Shown here: positions 1 through 16,289 of the stretch, in pieces
How the letters are laid out: each line of letters begins with the position of its first letter
Position numbering within the stretch: position 1 is the first letter of the stretch
NCBI RefSeq assembly: GCF_000150275.1
Contig: NW_002060945.1
Location: forward strand, 8,386,011-8,450,010
DNA length: 64,000 nt
Direction: 5' to 3'
From: Trichoplax adhaerens
Taxonomy: Eukaryota; Animalia; Placozoa
Made by a program: the position numbers and the translations under genes
The notes under the pieces: model-generated
What the model was told of the DNA's origin: nothing
Seen by the model: only the letters and a program-made list of their open reading frames with translations
Databases searched by the model: none

Positions 1-94
1 AGCGATAGGCGTTATTATTGGTGTTTCATTTCAGTTCAGCAAGGGAATTACAAAAAAAATGTCAAGATTTTACAGCCTTGTTTTAAAAACAAAC

Positions 95-300
95 CAAAAT
101 GTTGAGGCATCCTGTTGGTGTAATGTAAGAGCGAAACCAAATAAAGAGCTACTTCCATCGGTATTTGATTGCTTTTTGACTATAGGTGAGGATTGCTCAA
201 GGTTATAACTGAAGGAAACGATGGCCAAGTTAAGTAATAAATAAAGCACTAGAAATGAAATTTTGCCAAAATGGGTGCCATTTTCAACCATGGACGCCAT
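95..300 (-). CDS. Integrin alpha subunit, first coding exon (gene continues off the left edge)
   Basis: ATG at 300 gives MASMVENGTHFGKISFLVLYLLLNLAIVSFS (signal-peptide-like), then YNLEQSSPIVKKQSNTDGSSSLFGFALTLHQQDASTFW. This matches the integrin alpha mature N-terminus (F/YNLD...GSxFG(F/Y)S/A, first FG-GAP repeat). A phase-2 GT donor follows base 95 (TG|gtttgt), just before the expected LLVGAP. Confidence 0.8.
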
Positions 301-554
301 GTCTTCTAGTTGTCTGTGATTTGCCGCCCGTGGTTCTAGTCTACTGCCAACCACAGAGAGAGCGAGTGACCGTATTCGATTCAGCTCACATTACACTGAA
401 GTGTTTCATTGTTGTCGACGTGCAGTGGACTTCACTGGTGTTCTACACGGTACTGTACCGTTACGTGTTGTGGCGACGTTGACACGAGCATCGATCGACC
501 GTAATGAGTTGAAGCTATTGCGGTGACATGCTGGTGCGGCAACGTGATCCATTC

Positions 555-830
555 TACAGTACCATCATAATGCAGTACTGTACGCTGTGTACAGTACTGT
601 ACTATACTGTACAGTACTGACTGGACACTGTTGAGTAGAGTGTACAGTACACTATTACAGTACTTGCAGCACAGTACAGTACTGTACTGTGCTGTAAACG
701 TCCGTGCTGTGTAATACTATTTGCACCAGGTACTGCACAACAATTGTTTCTTCTATAAGTCTGCACATGTTGAAACATATGCGCTAAAACATGACTGGTA
801 AAAGTATACTGCACTGTATTACAGTAAAAG
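555..830. repeat. Low-complexity cluster of TACAGTA/TACTGTA/CAGTACTG words upstream of the integrin alpha start
   Basis: Dense interleaved words, e.g. gtacagtactgtactatactgtacagtactg and cacagtacagtactgtactgtg. Confidence 0.75.
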
Positions 831-874
831 ACAGTCGACATTTAACCTCTCTGGCGAGAACTGAATCCACTAGA

Positions 875-1356
875 GTTTGGTTAGGACCCATCCTACTCAA
901 TCGTTTCCAAACTTTGAAACCAAAATGGCAGCACGTTTGGTTAAGAACCATCCTATCGTAAGGTGCTCTATCGTTACCAAACTTTGAAATCAAAGTGGCA
1001 GCACGTTTGGTTAAGAACCATCCTATCGTACGGTGCTCTATCGTTACCAAACTTTGAAACCAAAATAGCAGCACGTTTGGTTAGGACCCATCCTATTACG
1101 ATGTAAGGTGCTCTATCGTTACCAAACTTGGAAACCAAAATGGCAGCATGTTTGGTTAGGAACCATCCTATCTTACGGTGCTCTATCGTTTCCAAACTTT
1201 GAAACCAAAATAGCAGCACGTTTGGTTAGGACCCATCCTATCGTAAGGTGCTCGCTCTATCGTTACCAAACTTTGAAACCAAAATAGCAGCACGTTTGGT
1301 TAGGAACCATCCTATCGTACGGTGCTCTATCGTTACCAAACTTTGAAACCAAAATG
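875..1356. repeat. 70-bp tandem minisatellite, about 6.5-7 copies
   Basis: The unit tcgttaccaaactttgaaaccaaaatggcagcacgtttggttaggaaccatcctatcgtaaggtgctcta starts at 901, 971, 1041, 1116, 1186, 1260 and 1330 (partial). Copies are near-identical with small indels and there are no unique spacers. Confidence 0.95.
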
Positions 1357-2725
1357 GCCCTCTACCAATGTACTGTATTATATGAACTGGTAGAAATATA
1401 CCTGAGCATATTCTACAAGTCCACTTGAGTGGACTGAGTCCAAGTCTACATCTCAAAATAGCGACTGTAGCGTGTCGATATAACTCATTATTGAATTTAT
1501 ATAAGAATAAGGAATAATGTTAATTCATAAATTGATATCTAATATAGTATTGTACTGTATAGACAGTATTCTAAACAATACTACAGTATAATGCATATGT
1601 AACACAATTTTTACTGTATCAAATCTCCAAATTATAGATTTAATTGGATTTAACCGATCAATTTGGATAGCAAAAAGGAATTGAATTAGTTAGAATACTG
1701 TGCTTCTTAGTCGCTGTCTCAATAAGAGAAAGAGGACCGGTAACGATCGTTCCCTATACTGGGTTGTCATCAAAAAATGAATCCAAAAAAATTATCCCCT
1801 CTAAATAAAAATAAAAATGATAAAACTTACTAGTTTGCTGGAAATAATAACCGCAATGTCTACGATTTCAGCGATGGAAGATGATAATAGAATGACCAGG
1901 GAAATGACAAGTCTCTTCATTTATTTCACTGAAGGGTCACTTTACAAGATAGGTGCATATGCAGCAAATGGAAACTCATCTTGTAATATAAATTCATAGA
2001 GTACATGAATAAAATAATATCGTTACTCCATGACAAACCCCATGGCAGCACCAATGTGGTTGAAATGAATAAAGCTGAATGAATAGAGTGAATAGACGAA
2101 TTTAATCCCCTTTATTTTTTACTTACAAAGTTAAAATTATTTTAACACATAATAATAATATATATATGATAATAATTATTATTATCATCAGTAAGAAATG
2201 AACCAATGCTATCCTGAACAACAATTCGCCATTTAAACTATACATTCTCAAGCTTCTAATACAGTATAGTAGTATACCTTGTAATAAATAATATACAAGA
2301 ATATCCTTCCAATCGACCTTAGTAAATGCATTATAGAGTACTGTACTACAGTATATGAGCGTCAATTTACTTGTACAGTATTATACGCGTATAAATAGGA
2401 ATCATAAACAATTTCAATAAACCAGTGCAAGTGCTGGCGTTATGATCTGTAACAACTACTCTATTTATGCGATATAGTATATATACGATAATTATATCAA
2501 GAATTCAATTTGTTATACTACAAGCTGTTATACAATACATCAACTACTGTACCGTTGAAAACTCTGCATGTAAATACCATAATCATCTCAAACTATGAAT
2601 GAGTAACGAAAATGATAGTCAATTAAAGTAATCATAGTACGCATATTAGATCAATGACATGTTCAGCTCGCAGCTAAACTTCTTCATTGCAAAGCAAATT
2701 CTTTTCTAGGGTAAGGTTCATCCAA

Positions 2726-5196
2726 TTATGTTTTAATATTAAATTTAGTCAGATCAGGGAAAGTCACATTATAATCCTCATCTGTTTCGATACCAACTTC
2801 CTCCTACAAAGTGAACCAAGAAAACGCATTTTAAGCCAAATAATTTCATCTAATCTAAAACTGGATACTTATACAAATACATAAAATATTAATTCGTCTA
2901 TTTTTAATACTTTCTTGTACAAATACTCACATAAAATTGTTTCTTGCTTTTTGGATAGCCTTCCAAGATACAATTAATCATTTCAGAACCCTGAAATCAA
3001 ATGTTGTAAGCTACTTAATGACGATCCAATAAGATATTAAAAATTTTATATACAAACAAGAACGAAGTCTTTTACTCACCATGCGCTTCCTCTTTCGCCA
3101 ATGGCCAACGTATTTTTTAAGATTTAAGTATACCTAATTTCAAATAGGATGCAGGACTTAATACTACCCAAAAAATAATTAGAACCGGTAATAAGCCGTC
3201 ATAGTTTCACAATTACCTCATCCCTTTCTTTTGGAGATACATTCTTCGCAACTAAAATATGAATAACAGCATTGACTAAATATTAGCTAAATATCCCTAT
3301 TAAGTTCATTAAACGACATTCGCTGTACTTCATGTCGGTAATATCAACGCAAAAGATGATGTGAAATAGTCTTCCACTGTATACCTTCCTTAACTTTTTT
3401 TAAATTTTCTTCAAGCTTTGCGCACTAAAAGTAAAAGGGGTAATAACATCTTATTAAGCCAAAGCTTTAAAAAGAGAAATTTTTCTTGTTAATGAGATTG
3501 TGCTGTAAAAGACTATAAACTAATACGGTACAATACAACATTTCAGTGGCTGATAAAAACTTCAGTACCAGCTGAAATTTTTATATAAATGTACACGAAA
3601 GGCACACTGTCACTATTACAATTATAGTACTATGATACCTCTTCTGTTAATTCATCGCTGGTTTTTATCGCATCTTCGGTGCTCAACGTATTCCCTAACA
3701 CCTTAATTTCTGTTATAGAGTAGACATTAAATTGAATTGAATGATATAGATAAAGATTTGATAGTCCTTAAGGTGAGTTTTCACGATAATGATGAATGCA
3801 GCATATAATGATGCATCCATTTTGACACTTTACCGCAATCAATATGCAATTTTACACTCTATTAGTGATATATGGCAGTTGTTACTGTTCCACCTACTAT
3901 GCCCGTATATTATTCTAACGTCGAAAAGTTGATTTTGTATTCGGATAAGTCGGGAATGGTATCTAACTAACCTGATTCAACTGAACCACAAAAGCTCTGT
4001 AGAGTCTTTAATTCGTTCTGCAAATTGGCAATGTTTTTGTCCATTTCATTAATTTCATCATTGCTAACAGTTTCCATTGATGCCTATATGTGAAACGAAT
4101 AATGAAAGACTGATACAATAATTACTTCAAACACGGTCGCGTTGATACATTTCTTCTCAGAACAAATATTTTAATGGTGAAAAATGTAAATGTACAGTAT
4201 ACAAGCATGGACGCAGAATGTAACGATAAATGGATAGCACTGCCGTCACTACATATTACATGCGGAATTCTATAGTATAAAACAATTCATTTGCAAGCAA
4301 AGGTATGTGTTGGGAACTTGAATGTACCTGATTGATCACGTACACCTTTTGCTTTCCGTAAGTCTTTTCGATTAGTTTCTTCTCCTCTACTAGATCCAGC
4401 ACCGCTTTATTAATAGCCTAAGTTGCCATAGTAGATCGTATACAAATATATTAAAAGTATACAGCATACAGTCATTCAAGAATTTTTTTGTCTAGCTACG
4501 AAATGATTATAATTTCATCTTTAATCTGACTTACCGTTTTACCATATTCTTTATGTAAATTATTGAAGATGTCAACTGATGTATGTCATGAAAATAATGC
4601 ATTATGGTTCAGATTAATAATTGTATAATTACATCATGAGGACGCGAGCTATTAAGATTCATCTTCGATGTTAGGAAAAGCATTTAATAACAACTGCTGT
4701 ATTATCCATGCTGCATTTTACAACTTGGTGATAATAAATGTCAGAGACTCACCGATGCTGTAAGGTCTATTTTGTTGATAAAAATATTCCAATACTACTT
4801 TGATGACTGGTAATTCAAAAAATTGTCATGTTAGAAGATTGAATTTATTAAATTGTATCAACCCATCCAATGCAAAACACAAATCCCTGCATATCACTTG
4901 AATTACTATCGAATACATTAATGCAAATAATAACACTAGAAGGACGACGAAAAAAAGGTATGTAATACATTTATCAACTACTTTGAACACTAGCTATTGT
5001 ATCTGTTGGTATTAACATCAATCATTCAACATTATCACTGAAAACATTTATCGACGTCAAAGACTGAATACGTAGAATGGTCAGAAGAAAGTACATCATT
5101 ATGAAAATTTCAAAGATTGCCTACAACTATACGCCAAGGTGTTTATACATCGGTATTGGCCAACTTACTAGCATCATCTTTGCTTTGTTTCGTCAT
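2726..5196 (-). CDS. PSMC3IP: Homologous-pairing protein 2 (HOP2/TBPIP), ~220 aa, 11 coding exons
   Basis: Manually spliced GT-AG exons: 5196-5169, 4806-4753, 4575-4535, 4417-4328, 4083-3972, 3709-3639, 3424-3385, 3251-3217, 3133-3080, 2990-2931, 2803-2726 (663 nt, in frame). HOP2-type motifs: YFYQQNRPYS..DIFNNL, EKTYGKQKVY, WRKRKRM, EEVGIETDED. Confidence 0.93.
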
Positions 5197-5806
5197 GATG
5201 TGTATGAGTCAATGGTATCTTGCGATTCTTCTGCAAGATAGAATCACTTCGAGGTGAGTTAAGTAAGCTTCTAGCTGTAACTTTGGCGATATCCAAAACA
5301 AGAAGAAGAATTCTATCAGTCAATTTGTATAATTGCAATATCGATTAGTAATTTGGTTAGCAGCATCGATCAGTCAAGGATTGGCAGACATCCTATATAG
5401 AAGCGTCTTTCCTCTACCATAGTGAGCGTGCAGCGGCTTGCTTGTCCGAGCCTGCATTGAAATACTGCAATTAAAAATTCGCGGGGAACTCACTGCGCAA
5501 GTACAGTTACAAGAAGTCCTTCTTGCAGTCTGTCGTCTTATTACGTGAAGTTATCCCGGGTACAGTACTGGTCCTGGTATTACAGGGATTACACCCAGGG
5601 TTAGGGTCTAACTTAGGGACAACAGTGCGTTTGACGGCCTAAACGGGTTGCAACTTCGATGCATAGTTTATTTACTGTTGATTTGACGCAATTGTGAGCT
5701 ATAATCATACATTCTGGATAACTTCCTTTAGTAATTTCCAGGTTTAATAGCTGAATTTAACCCAGTATCATTCTTAAAAGCTATTTACAAACTCATCGGT
5801 GCTATC
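5197..5806. promoter_or_regulatory. Putative bidirectional promoter between HOP2 (-) and METTL5 (+)
   Basis: Head-to-head start codons lie ~610 bp apart, with a locally GC/CpG-richer stretch at ~5380-5660. Confidence 0.6.
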
Positions 5807-8210
<2,404 letters not shown>

Positions 8211-8290
8211 GGAAAGCGAGGCCGCGCATACAATCAACGCATCAGACTGTCCCTTATAAATGTTTATCAAATCGTAAAGAATCTTGTAAC

Positions 8291-11200
8291 TCAACATCTC
8301 TCAAATACTTTATACAATTCTTTCAAGTCGGCTATTTTCAATATTGTTCCATCATCTTGAAACCGCTTAGGCAAGAATAAAGACGACTTAAACGCAGGAT
8401 ACAACAAGTGTTCTACTTTCCATTTCCACATTTTTCGTTTATCAACTTGCTATATATAAAAATTTTTACATGTGTAATAACTGGATTAGATGTTTGTGAT
8501 AGTGAAATTGTATCAAAGTATTTACAAATACCTGATTTTTTTCACTGCATTGCAATAATAAATCATGTCCTTTTCGCATAGCATAAAACCTACTACATTC
8601 TATAGCAAAAGTCTTAAAGCAGCTTTCTTCATGGTCCCAATTAACCTGATAAAGTTCGTTACAATTATCCGCAACGTCAAGTGAAGTATTACCAGCAAAT
8701 CCGTGAATAAATACACACCATAGTATAAATAAATACGACGCATACTTACTTCAGTAGCCAGTCTTAAAGCAAACATGGGCAATCCTAACAAGTCGGGTTC
8801 GTACCCATCCAAAAGCATTGGAAGAGTTTTTATACAGCCCTTGCAATTTATAATAAAAACATATTTTACAGCATAGACTGTAAAAAGAAAGTACTTCCCT
8901 AAGGAAGTAAAATATCTTACTTTATCTATCTCTAAGGAGAAGTAATCGGTCATCATTTCTCCTTTCATTTGCAAAAATTCAGATACATGTTGAGCAAGGT
9001 CCTCTTTCGAACCATCTTCTTCAGTCCAACCTACAGATTCATTTGTTAATCAATACAACAGTATTTTTTTTGATAATGTGCCTGCCGAATAATAACATCA
9101 ATCATACCACTGTCTTCACTATCAAGCGCTAACATAGCTAAATCGTAGAGCGAAGCAGGACTCTGCAATAATTAAACGGTGTTTAAAATTTTGACAAACT
9201 CCGTTAAATGTTATCGTAATTATAATTACACATGTACTTACACTTAATCGAAACTTTTCAAAATTTCCGAAATTGAAAATAATTGATTGATAGAATAGCT
9301 CCTTGCTATGAGGAAAAAATGTATCAATCAGTGAGCCATTCTAACGAGCATAAGAAAGGAGAATAAGTATCTAAAAATATCACCTTAAATTGGTAGTATT
9401 TCCCAAATATAGACCCGTCTAATTGGAAATGAAATAATAACAACAGAATTAGTACAATGATAATCAGTAGGTCGCTGATATGATTTAACTACGGTATATC
9501 GTACATTGTAGCTGCATGACAAATAAAATAAAATATTACAAATTAGTAATTAAACTATAATTTATAGTCATAATAATTAATAGATAGCAGGATGCAAGAC
9601 GTATGGTTAAAGTAGTTTCATTAGTTAATTTCGCTTAATAAAAATTCTAACTTCGAATTGGAAGGCCGCATGAGATTCAGTGACACACCCAACAAATTGC
9701 ATTCCCCTAACCATGGCCTGAAGTTCTTCAGCAACATTCTCTTCCACTGCATTTCTAAGATTCTGTACACTAGTTAGCTTTAACTCCCGCTGCTTAGTTA
9801 GTTTTCTATAATGAATGAAAGTCATTAAGTGCAATGATTTCAGACAGGTGTAATGTACTCAATCATGCTAAAGGGTTTTTGGATTACCTGTTAGAACTAC
9901 GGGTCTTTTCAGCTGTATGCTTTCTATAATATAATATGTGTAGACCCATAACACGTTAGCAATTGAAAGAATATCTACAAATGACACAGAGTATACCTCT
10001 TCTCTCCCTGTTGAGAATGAATTGCAATATCTTCTGCAACCGAATTGTCATCTATTATTACTTCTTCAGGTGCATTAGTTACTTCACTTTCAGTTAGCTT
10101 TTCTTTTATTGCTGGTCTTTCTTTCTCTAGTTCATGAGAACAACTGCTTGAATGGGAGGTATTTGAGGTAGGATTTTTAGGTTCCAAAAAGATTTCTAAT
10201 TTTTGGCTGAGATGGTCTGTCCTGACTAACTGATGTGCATACGCTTTCTTTTGGCTAATACTGCCGCTTGATATAGGCACTTCAGCATTATCTTGTATGA
10301 CTTTAGTTTTCGTGGTAGGCCCAGAAGTAGTAGGTAAAAAGGTCTATATACCCGTATACAATGAAAATTAATCGTTGTAAATATGTATTAAATCGATATC
10401 ATTCAATCAACATTTAAATAGAAAAACCTGCGCCAAAAATGTACGAGAAGAGTTTGCTCCAAGCAGTTTATTCTCAATTACATTCTGTATTGCATCAATG
10501 ATCTTATCTTCATGGAGAAATTGAACCTACGTTATTAAGATTAAGATACAAAGTTGAAAATTTAAGATATCAACTAGGCCATCAGCAATTAAAACCATGT
10601 AATACCTCGTGCTTGGTTGGATGCATATTGACATCTACGTTTCTCGGCGATATCTGAAGACTAAAATGTAATAATTTGGTTACCAAAAACATTAAACCTT
10701 ACATCATCATTGTTATCGCCAGTAAAATCATTATTGACTGAGAATACGTACCTTAGGTACAAAAATGGGTGAGTATGTTTTGGAAGGTAAGCTGCATACA
10801 CATTTTCGATAGCTTTTCTTAAATTACTACACTCAACCAATCGATCTAATCAAGTTTACATACGATACTCACTGTTATTGTTGATAATCACATGAAATCA
10901 TAATTTCCAATAGAGTCTTGATTAGGCTAAGAAGTAGCTATGATATACGTTATACAAATGAGCTTAACGTACTATTAAACTAATAGATACTAACGGTTTA
11001 TAAATAATAAAAAGATACACTTCTTGGCGGAATAGTTTGCATTGGAGATTAAGCCATTCATTCCAATTCCCAACTTTTTATTTTCAAGAGAAACCTCGAG
11101 TAATTCCCTAGCGTATTGAAACATACATTAAAGATAGAATCCAATACACCTGCATTAATTTAAGGCTTGCTACTGACAATTTATATATGTACAGCGTATG

Positions 11201-14200
11201 ACACAAAGAGATACATGTATACAATACCTTGCTGTACTAGCACCATAGATTGTTCTAATATTATCCAGCCGAGAAGATCCAGAGGTCCTAACAGTTGCAT
11301 TGCTATCACCGTACTATGAAGAATCATGTTTAGTTGCTTCATTGTCGAAAAATGATGTTTGGATACTGCATTAAAATCTTATCTCTATAAAAACTTTCGT
11401 AATAAAGTGTAACAGGATCTACCTTCTTCAAAATAAATCCAACGCCTTCTTGGTGAACTGCATATCTAGGATTAAAAAGCAAAATATGAACACTACCATC
11501 ACCGACTCTTTATATTATAAGACTCAAAGCATGCTTTAACAATACCTAGAAATAACCTCTGTAATTTTGTTAAACTCCTCGTTTGGATTCTTAAGAGCCT
11601 TTAGCCTCAGTGGTGTATTAAAGAACAAATCTTCTACCTTTGAAAATGATAAAAATAGTAATCAACAAGCAGTAATTACTATGACAGGAATATTAACCTA
11701 CATTTATTTGTGTTCCAACATTCCCTGCGCATGGTTTCGGATCTGCTGATGCATTTGGCTGGCCAGGAACCATTTTACCATCAGCATAGGTTGCTCTAGA
11801 TAAAGAAAGATTATGGTAATAATAATTAATAATGTAACCGTGAGAGATATTACACTTTAAATCACTTCATAATGTTACTACCACAAGGAAGGTGTTAGGA
11901 GTACTCTCTACTTGTTATATTTTATACACAGACGAGAAAGCTATGTAAACTGGTAGATCACCAAGCAATCATGAGTTACGCAGATTAGTGCGGAAGTTTT
12001 TACGACAAAGTATGGTCTAGACATGCAACTTTAAAATAGTTACCAACGGCGATTCGCTTTTAAGTCAATAACCAATATATCGATTTAAATTAGCAACCTA
12101 AAATCTGCCAGACTAAAGTACTTCTAATGGTTCATATCCTAACCTTACCTGTATGCACACTTAGAATCTTCAGTTCTAGTCACTATAGCAACATGAGCTA
12201 CGTGGCTTATGCTGGCCAAAGCCTTAAGTGATGGATATAAGATATGATTACATATATCTATATTGAATAATTAGTAGTAAGTCATTTACAATTTCCTACA
12301 AAATATTCGATGACAGCTTAATGTATATAAAATTAAGTTCAATAAAAATAGAACAGAAGATATTCACTCATAAGATTTATTCCAATCGATGATTAATAAA
12401 TCCTTTACATATTGATTTACTTTTCGCGATTTAGTGATATTCTATAATCAAAAGGCATCACGAAGAATCTATAATATGCCTGATGTATATCCCAGGCGGA
12501 AACACTTCTAGATTCAAGCTTTATGACGTCATCACAATCTAAAATTTCTCATCTATTACATTAATATCGACATAGCTACTAGCGGATCATTAACTATGCG
12601 ATAAACGGACACTGCATCATTACGATTACCATTCAAGATGGAATCTAACTAGACTGAATGAACATTGTCCCTTCCTGATATGTAGAAAGTTACCTCTCCT
12701 CTGAATCCATACGTGACCATTGAGCTTAAATCTTCAAATCTTGATAGCTTACTGGTTGTAAATCGTTCACATACGATATCAAGATCTTCTTTCTAAAAAA
12801 ATTGAATATCTTAAAACTTTAAATGGCCAAGTAATAATCAATCTTAATGATGCTTATGAAACGATCACTAAAATAGTGCTGTGATAAAATATTTTGATAT
12901 TTGTGAATTTTTTAAGAGTCAAGGTCTGATAGAATCCACGTCATGTATGACTTTGAATTACAGCCATTGTATAGTCGATATTAATATTGTAATGGATTGT
13001 ACTACATTGTAAGTCTTGTCAGATCATATTTAGTTAAGATAATCGTATCATCAAAAGCTAAACATGTATCAGTTTCAGATCGATTTTAATTTTGAAATAC
13101 AAGAGGGGTTTTAGCCACAATGTACGCTCAACGCTGTACCTCTTTCAAAGAATCGTTACTACTTGCTGTTTTATACTATTACCTTAATTCCATGACCATT
13201 ATCTTGAATTTGAATTAATTTTAAGCCACCAGACTTGACAGTTACTTGAATCAAAGTTGCTTTTGCGTCAAGGCTGCCATAATTAAAAAGCGGAACACAA
13301 AGCAGGTGTCAGAATTGCAGTACAATAAGTATACTGAATAAAGATTTCTCTTGTATTGAATATGTAATAGGACAGTGATACATTCTACACTAAGGTAGGA
13401 GTGAAGATTATCCACTCTATATCAATCGTGAGCAGTAAAGATAATATTTAAGAAATAATGCATCAATTGTGATCATGCTGCGAGAGCGCAAGCACCTCAC
13501 TTAGCTACGTAAGACTATAGTATAACAAGAGGATTACAAAGTCACCAGTCGAATTCCAATGTCATTGTTGCGACTAAGAAATGGCGTATTAACTGTGTTG
13601 ATACTGCAACTGTCTGAATAACCCATTTAGCTATGTTGTACGAAACTGATATCAAGAGGATTCATCAGTCGATTACAGAAGACACCACTGCTGCAAAGTA
13701 TGTATGCAAATGCTTTTATATTTCGTCAACTTGGATATAAACGTTTTGACATCATTGTCTGTATTGAGCGGTGTACATGGTATAATCCAGCATGAAATTT
13801 CTACATGGCAGTCTATGCAATCGCATCATGCATGTAAAAGTTGCATGCTTCCACCAGTATACGAGCAACACACAGTCTATTACATGTGTAGGTACATCAC
13901 TGCGTGTAAAATTTAAAAAAATTGAACAACTATGGTGTGACAGCACTAGCAAGCAATGGCTGGCTCTCCTGTACTGTAGAGTGTACATACGCCTACTATC
14001 ATTTGACGAGCTCTACAGGTGATCCATAATGTAATCTATTCCAGCATCACTAACCTATTTTCTATCATTTCTTTAATTGCGTTGGCTGGTCTTTGAATAA
14101 CCTGCGCATAAGAGTAGGAAAGATATTTGATACATTGCAAGTAAAATGATGGCGGTTTTGTCAGATGGATGATGCCTCGTTAATATTGCATCCATCAAGC

Positions 14201-14276
14201 TAGTACAGTACTCTACCTCTCCAGCAGCAATTCGGTTGACGACTTTTTCATCTAGTTTTTGAATTTTTCGTTCCAT
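8291..14276 (-). CDS. MLH1: DNA mismatch repair protein MLH1 (MutL homolog), more than 20 coding exons
   Basis: N-terminus [20 protein letters not shown]|[19 protein letters not shown] ATPase motifs ([32 protein letters not shown]), [17 protein letters not shown], and the diagnostic C-terminal LYKVFERC* (stop at 8291-8293). Not every internal exon boundary was verified. Confidence 0.97.
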
Positions 14277-16044
14277 GTCAGCTAAAATGAATGATCTTAC
14301 AACTTAGCCTGCTTGTATAGTTTAAAATACGAAAACTATTCACAGCGGTAAGCATAAATAGAGACCATCGAATCTTCATCCAGCAGTTAGGCTGCACGAG
14401 ATGTGTTTTGATGATTATTTTCGCTGTGTTCAATACAATGTCAGGGGTAGGTCGATCAGTCACTATGAAGCCCATGTCAAGTCCATTGACTACCGGCTAA
14501 GTTTAGTCTTGCTGAGGCCTAGAGTAGTAGCAAGTCTCCTCGGATGGACGGACTTTCCCTAGCAGATGAGGCCGAAAATATTGAAAAATAATGACTCAGT
14601 ATGGATCTTCCGTGTCTGTTTTCGAAATCACTCTTATTAATTTGAATCGTATTGATGATGTCAATTGACTGCTTCCAAGCAAAGCTTAGTTACAGCTAAT
14701 AGAATCCAATGTAATATTACTTCATTTAGAAAGAATCAGTCCATTCAGAAATCGGCTGTCTGCATACTAAAGTATACTAGTGTTCGAAATCAAATGTTTG
14801 ACCCAATTTGTTGACCAAAGTGGGCTACATGTCTGTCCGTCCAAAGGAGTTTGCAGTCTACAGTAGGTATTCTTCGCGTAGTCCATGGCTGATACTCACG
14901 ACAGCCGCTACTATCCAGTATACAGTATCTTTCCACTCAGTCCATACAGTATACAGGAGGTGTATACGCGGTATTTTGCTTTCAAAGTAACGAATGCCAA
15001 AACGATAAGCGCAAAAATGGAAAGTTGAGCTCCAAAAAAAGTGCGAGGGATCGCGATACTGCAATATTGGAAATATGGAAAGCCTTCAACTGGCGATGTA
15101 GCGAGATCAAGAATCTGAGACTTTAAGCTTTCCTTTTAGTCTACTTTATTGGGAGTCCATGCCAAGCTCGATATAATACACACGTTAACTAGACGTAAGA
15201 ATTGTGACAACAGATCAGCTCTAGTACGAACATAACTTTAATAACATATCCTAATGCACGTGAACATTTGTAGCATGAGATCTTAATCTAGTACAGTAGA
15301 TAAGCCGTAAATAGTATTGTACGATATCTAGGATTCCCATCTATGGCGCGTACACTACAAGGTAACAAGCAGTAGTCTACAGGACAGGCGATGTAGACTA
15401 TTTTCATAATAATTCATTGTAGTCTCTACGTGATTTTTTTTTTTGGGGGGGGGGGCACACTGTCACTCACAACTAATGTTCAAATGCTACAAAATCATTG
15501 CTCTTCTTGCAAGTATTTCATCCTATGCAACGGAAGACGATCATTGAAATGAAATGAATTTCATGTTTCAGATCTGCATTCATGCATGGACTACTTGACA
15601 ATACTGAGAATATTGTAGTACTGGTGTCCATGATTGATGTTATTTATTTGCGGATATTTGGCGGTAACGAAATGAATGAAATTGATTGGTGGATGTGAAA
15701 GCGTTTTATAGCTTGAACAAGACTTCTTTGTTATTCAAATTGTACTGGCTATGAAGATCAATGGGTATGATGCAAGTGGTGCAGTTGATGCAAACTCGGC
15801 AGCGATGCATTGTGGGATAGTGGCAAGGGTGAGATTCGTTCTTCCAGTATTTGATGGTTTTTCTTTTGTCTCAGCACTGTAAAAATGGCGTACACGAATT
15901 GAAATCATTTATTTCACCAAAATAAATGACACAAGTATGTTTATGAGAGCTTCTTCTTAGTACACATGACAATTTTGATAAATTTGGTAGTCAAAATGTG
16001 GCAAAAGATGAGTGTTGATTTCTGTGAAAGGAAAAGGAATGAGG

Positions 16045-16260
16045 CTGTACAGTTATACAATATAGGCACTGTATCTTTTTATACAGTGCGCACAGTACTG
16101 TACACTGTACAGTACAGTCAATCTTAAAGAGTACAGTGCGTACTGTAGACTGTACTGTAGTGTAGCCTAGTACTGTATACTGTACTGTACAGTATGAAAA
16201 CAAGGAAGAATGTTGCAGCCGGCACACGGTACGAAGTACTGTTGGCGTCGCCTACTGTAT
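16045..16260. repeat. Second cluster of TACAGTA/TACTGTA words, immediately upstream of the putative CREB promoter
   Basis: Examples: cacagtactgtacactgtacagtacagtc and tactgtagactgtactgtagtgtagcctagtactgtatactgtactgtacagta. Confidence 0.75.
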
Positions 16261-16289
16261 GGTCGTAGCGTCGTCCACCTGACTTGCCA

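Noticed and set aside
602-841. Cys/Tyr/Thr/Val-rich ORFs here and at 15991-16227
   Set aside because: They are translations of the TACAGTA low-complexity clusters, not proteins.
875-1356. Possible CRISPR array, or coding repeat ORFs (784-1074, 974-1219, 1238-1456)
   Set aside because: Units are contiguous with no unique spacers, there are no cas genes and the context is eukaryotic. The 70-bp period shifts frame, so the ORFs are artefacts.
12524-12531. Perfect CRE palindrome TGACGTCA in an MLH1 intron
   Set aside because: A single 8-mer in 64 kb can occur by chance and it has no supporting context.
13704-14022. Three overlapping short ORFs in an MLH1 intron as a nested gene
   Set aside because: No recognisable domain or splice structure; consistent with chance ORFs.
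15434-15455. T11-G11 homopolymer junction
   Set aside because: It is a simple homopolymer with no evidence of function, and one G11 run is too short for a canonical three-tier intramolecular G4.
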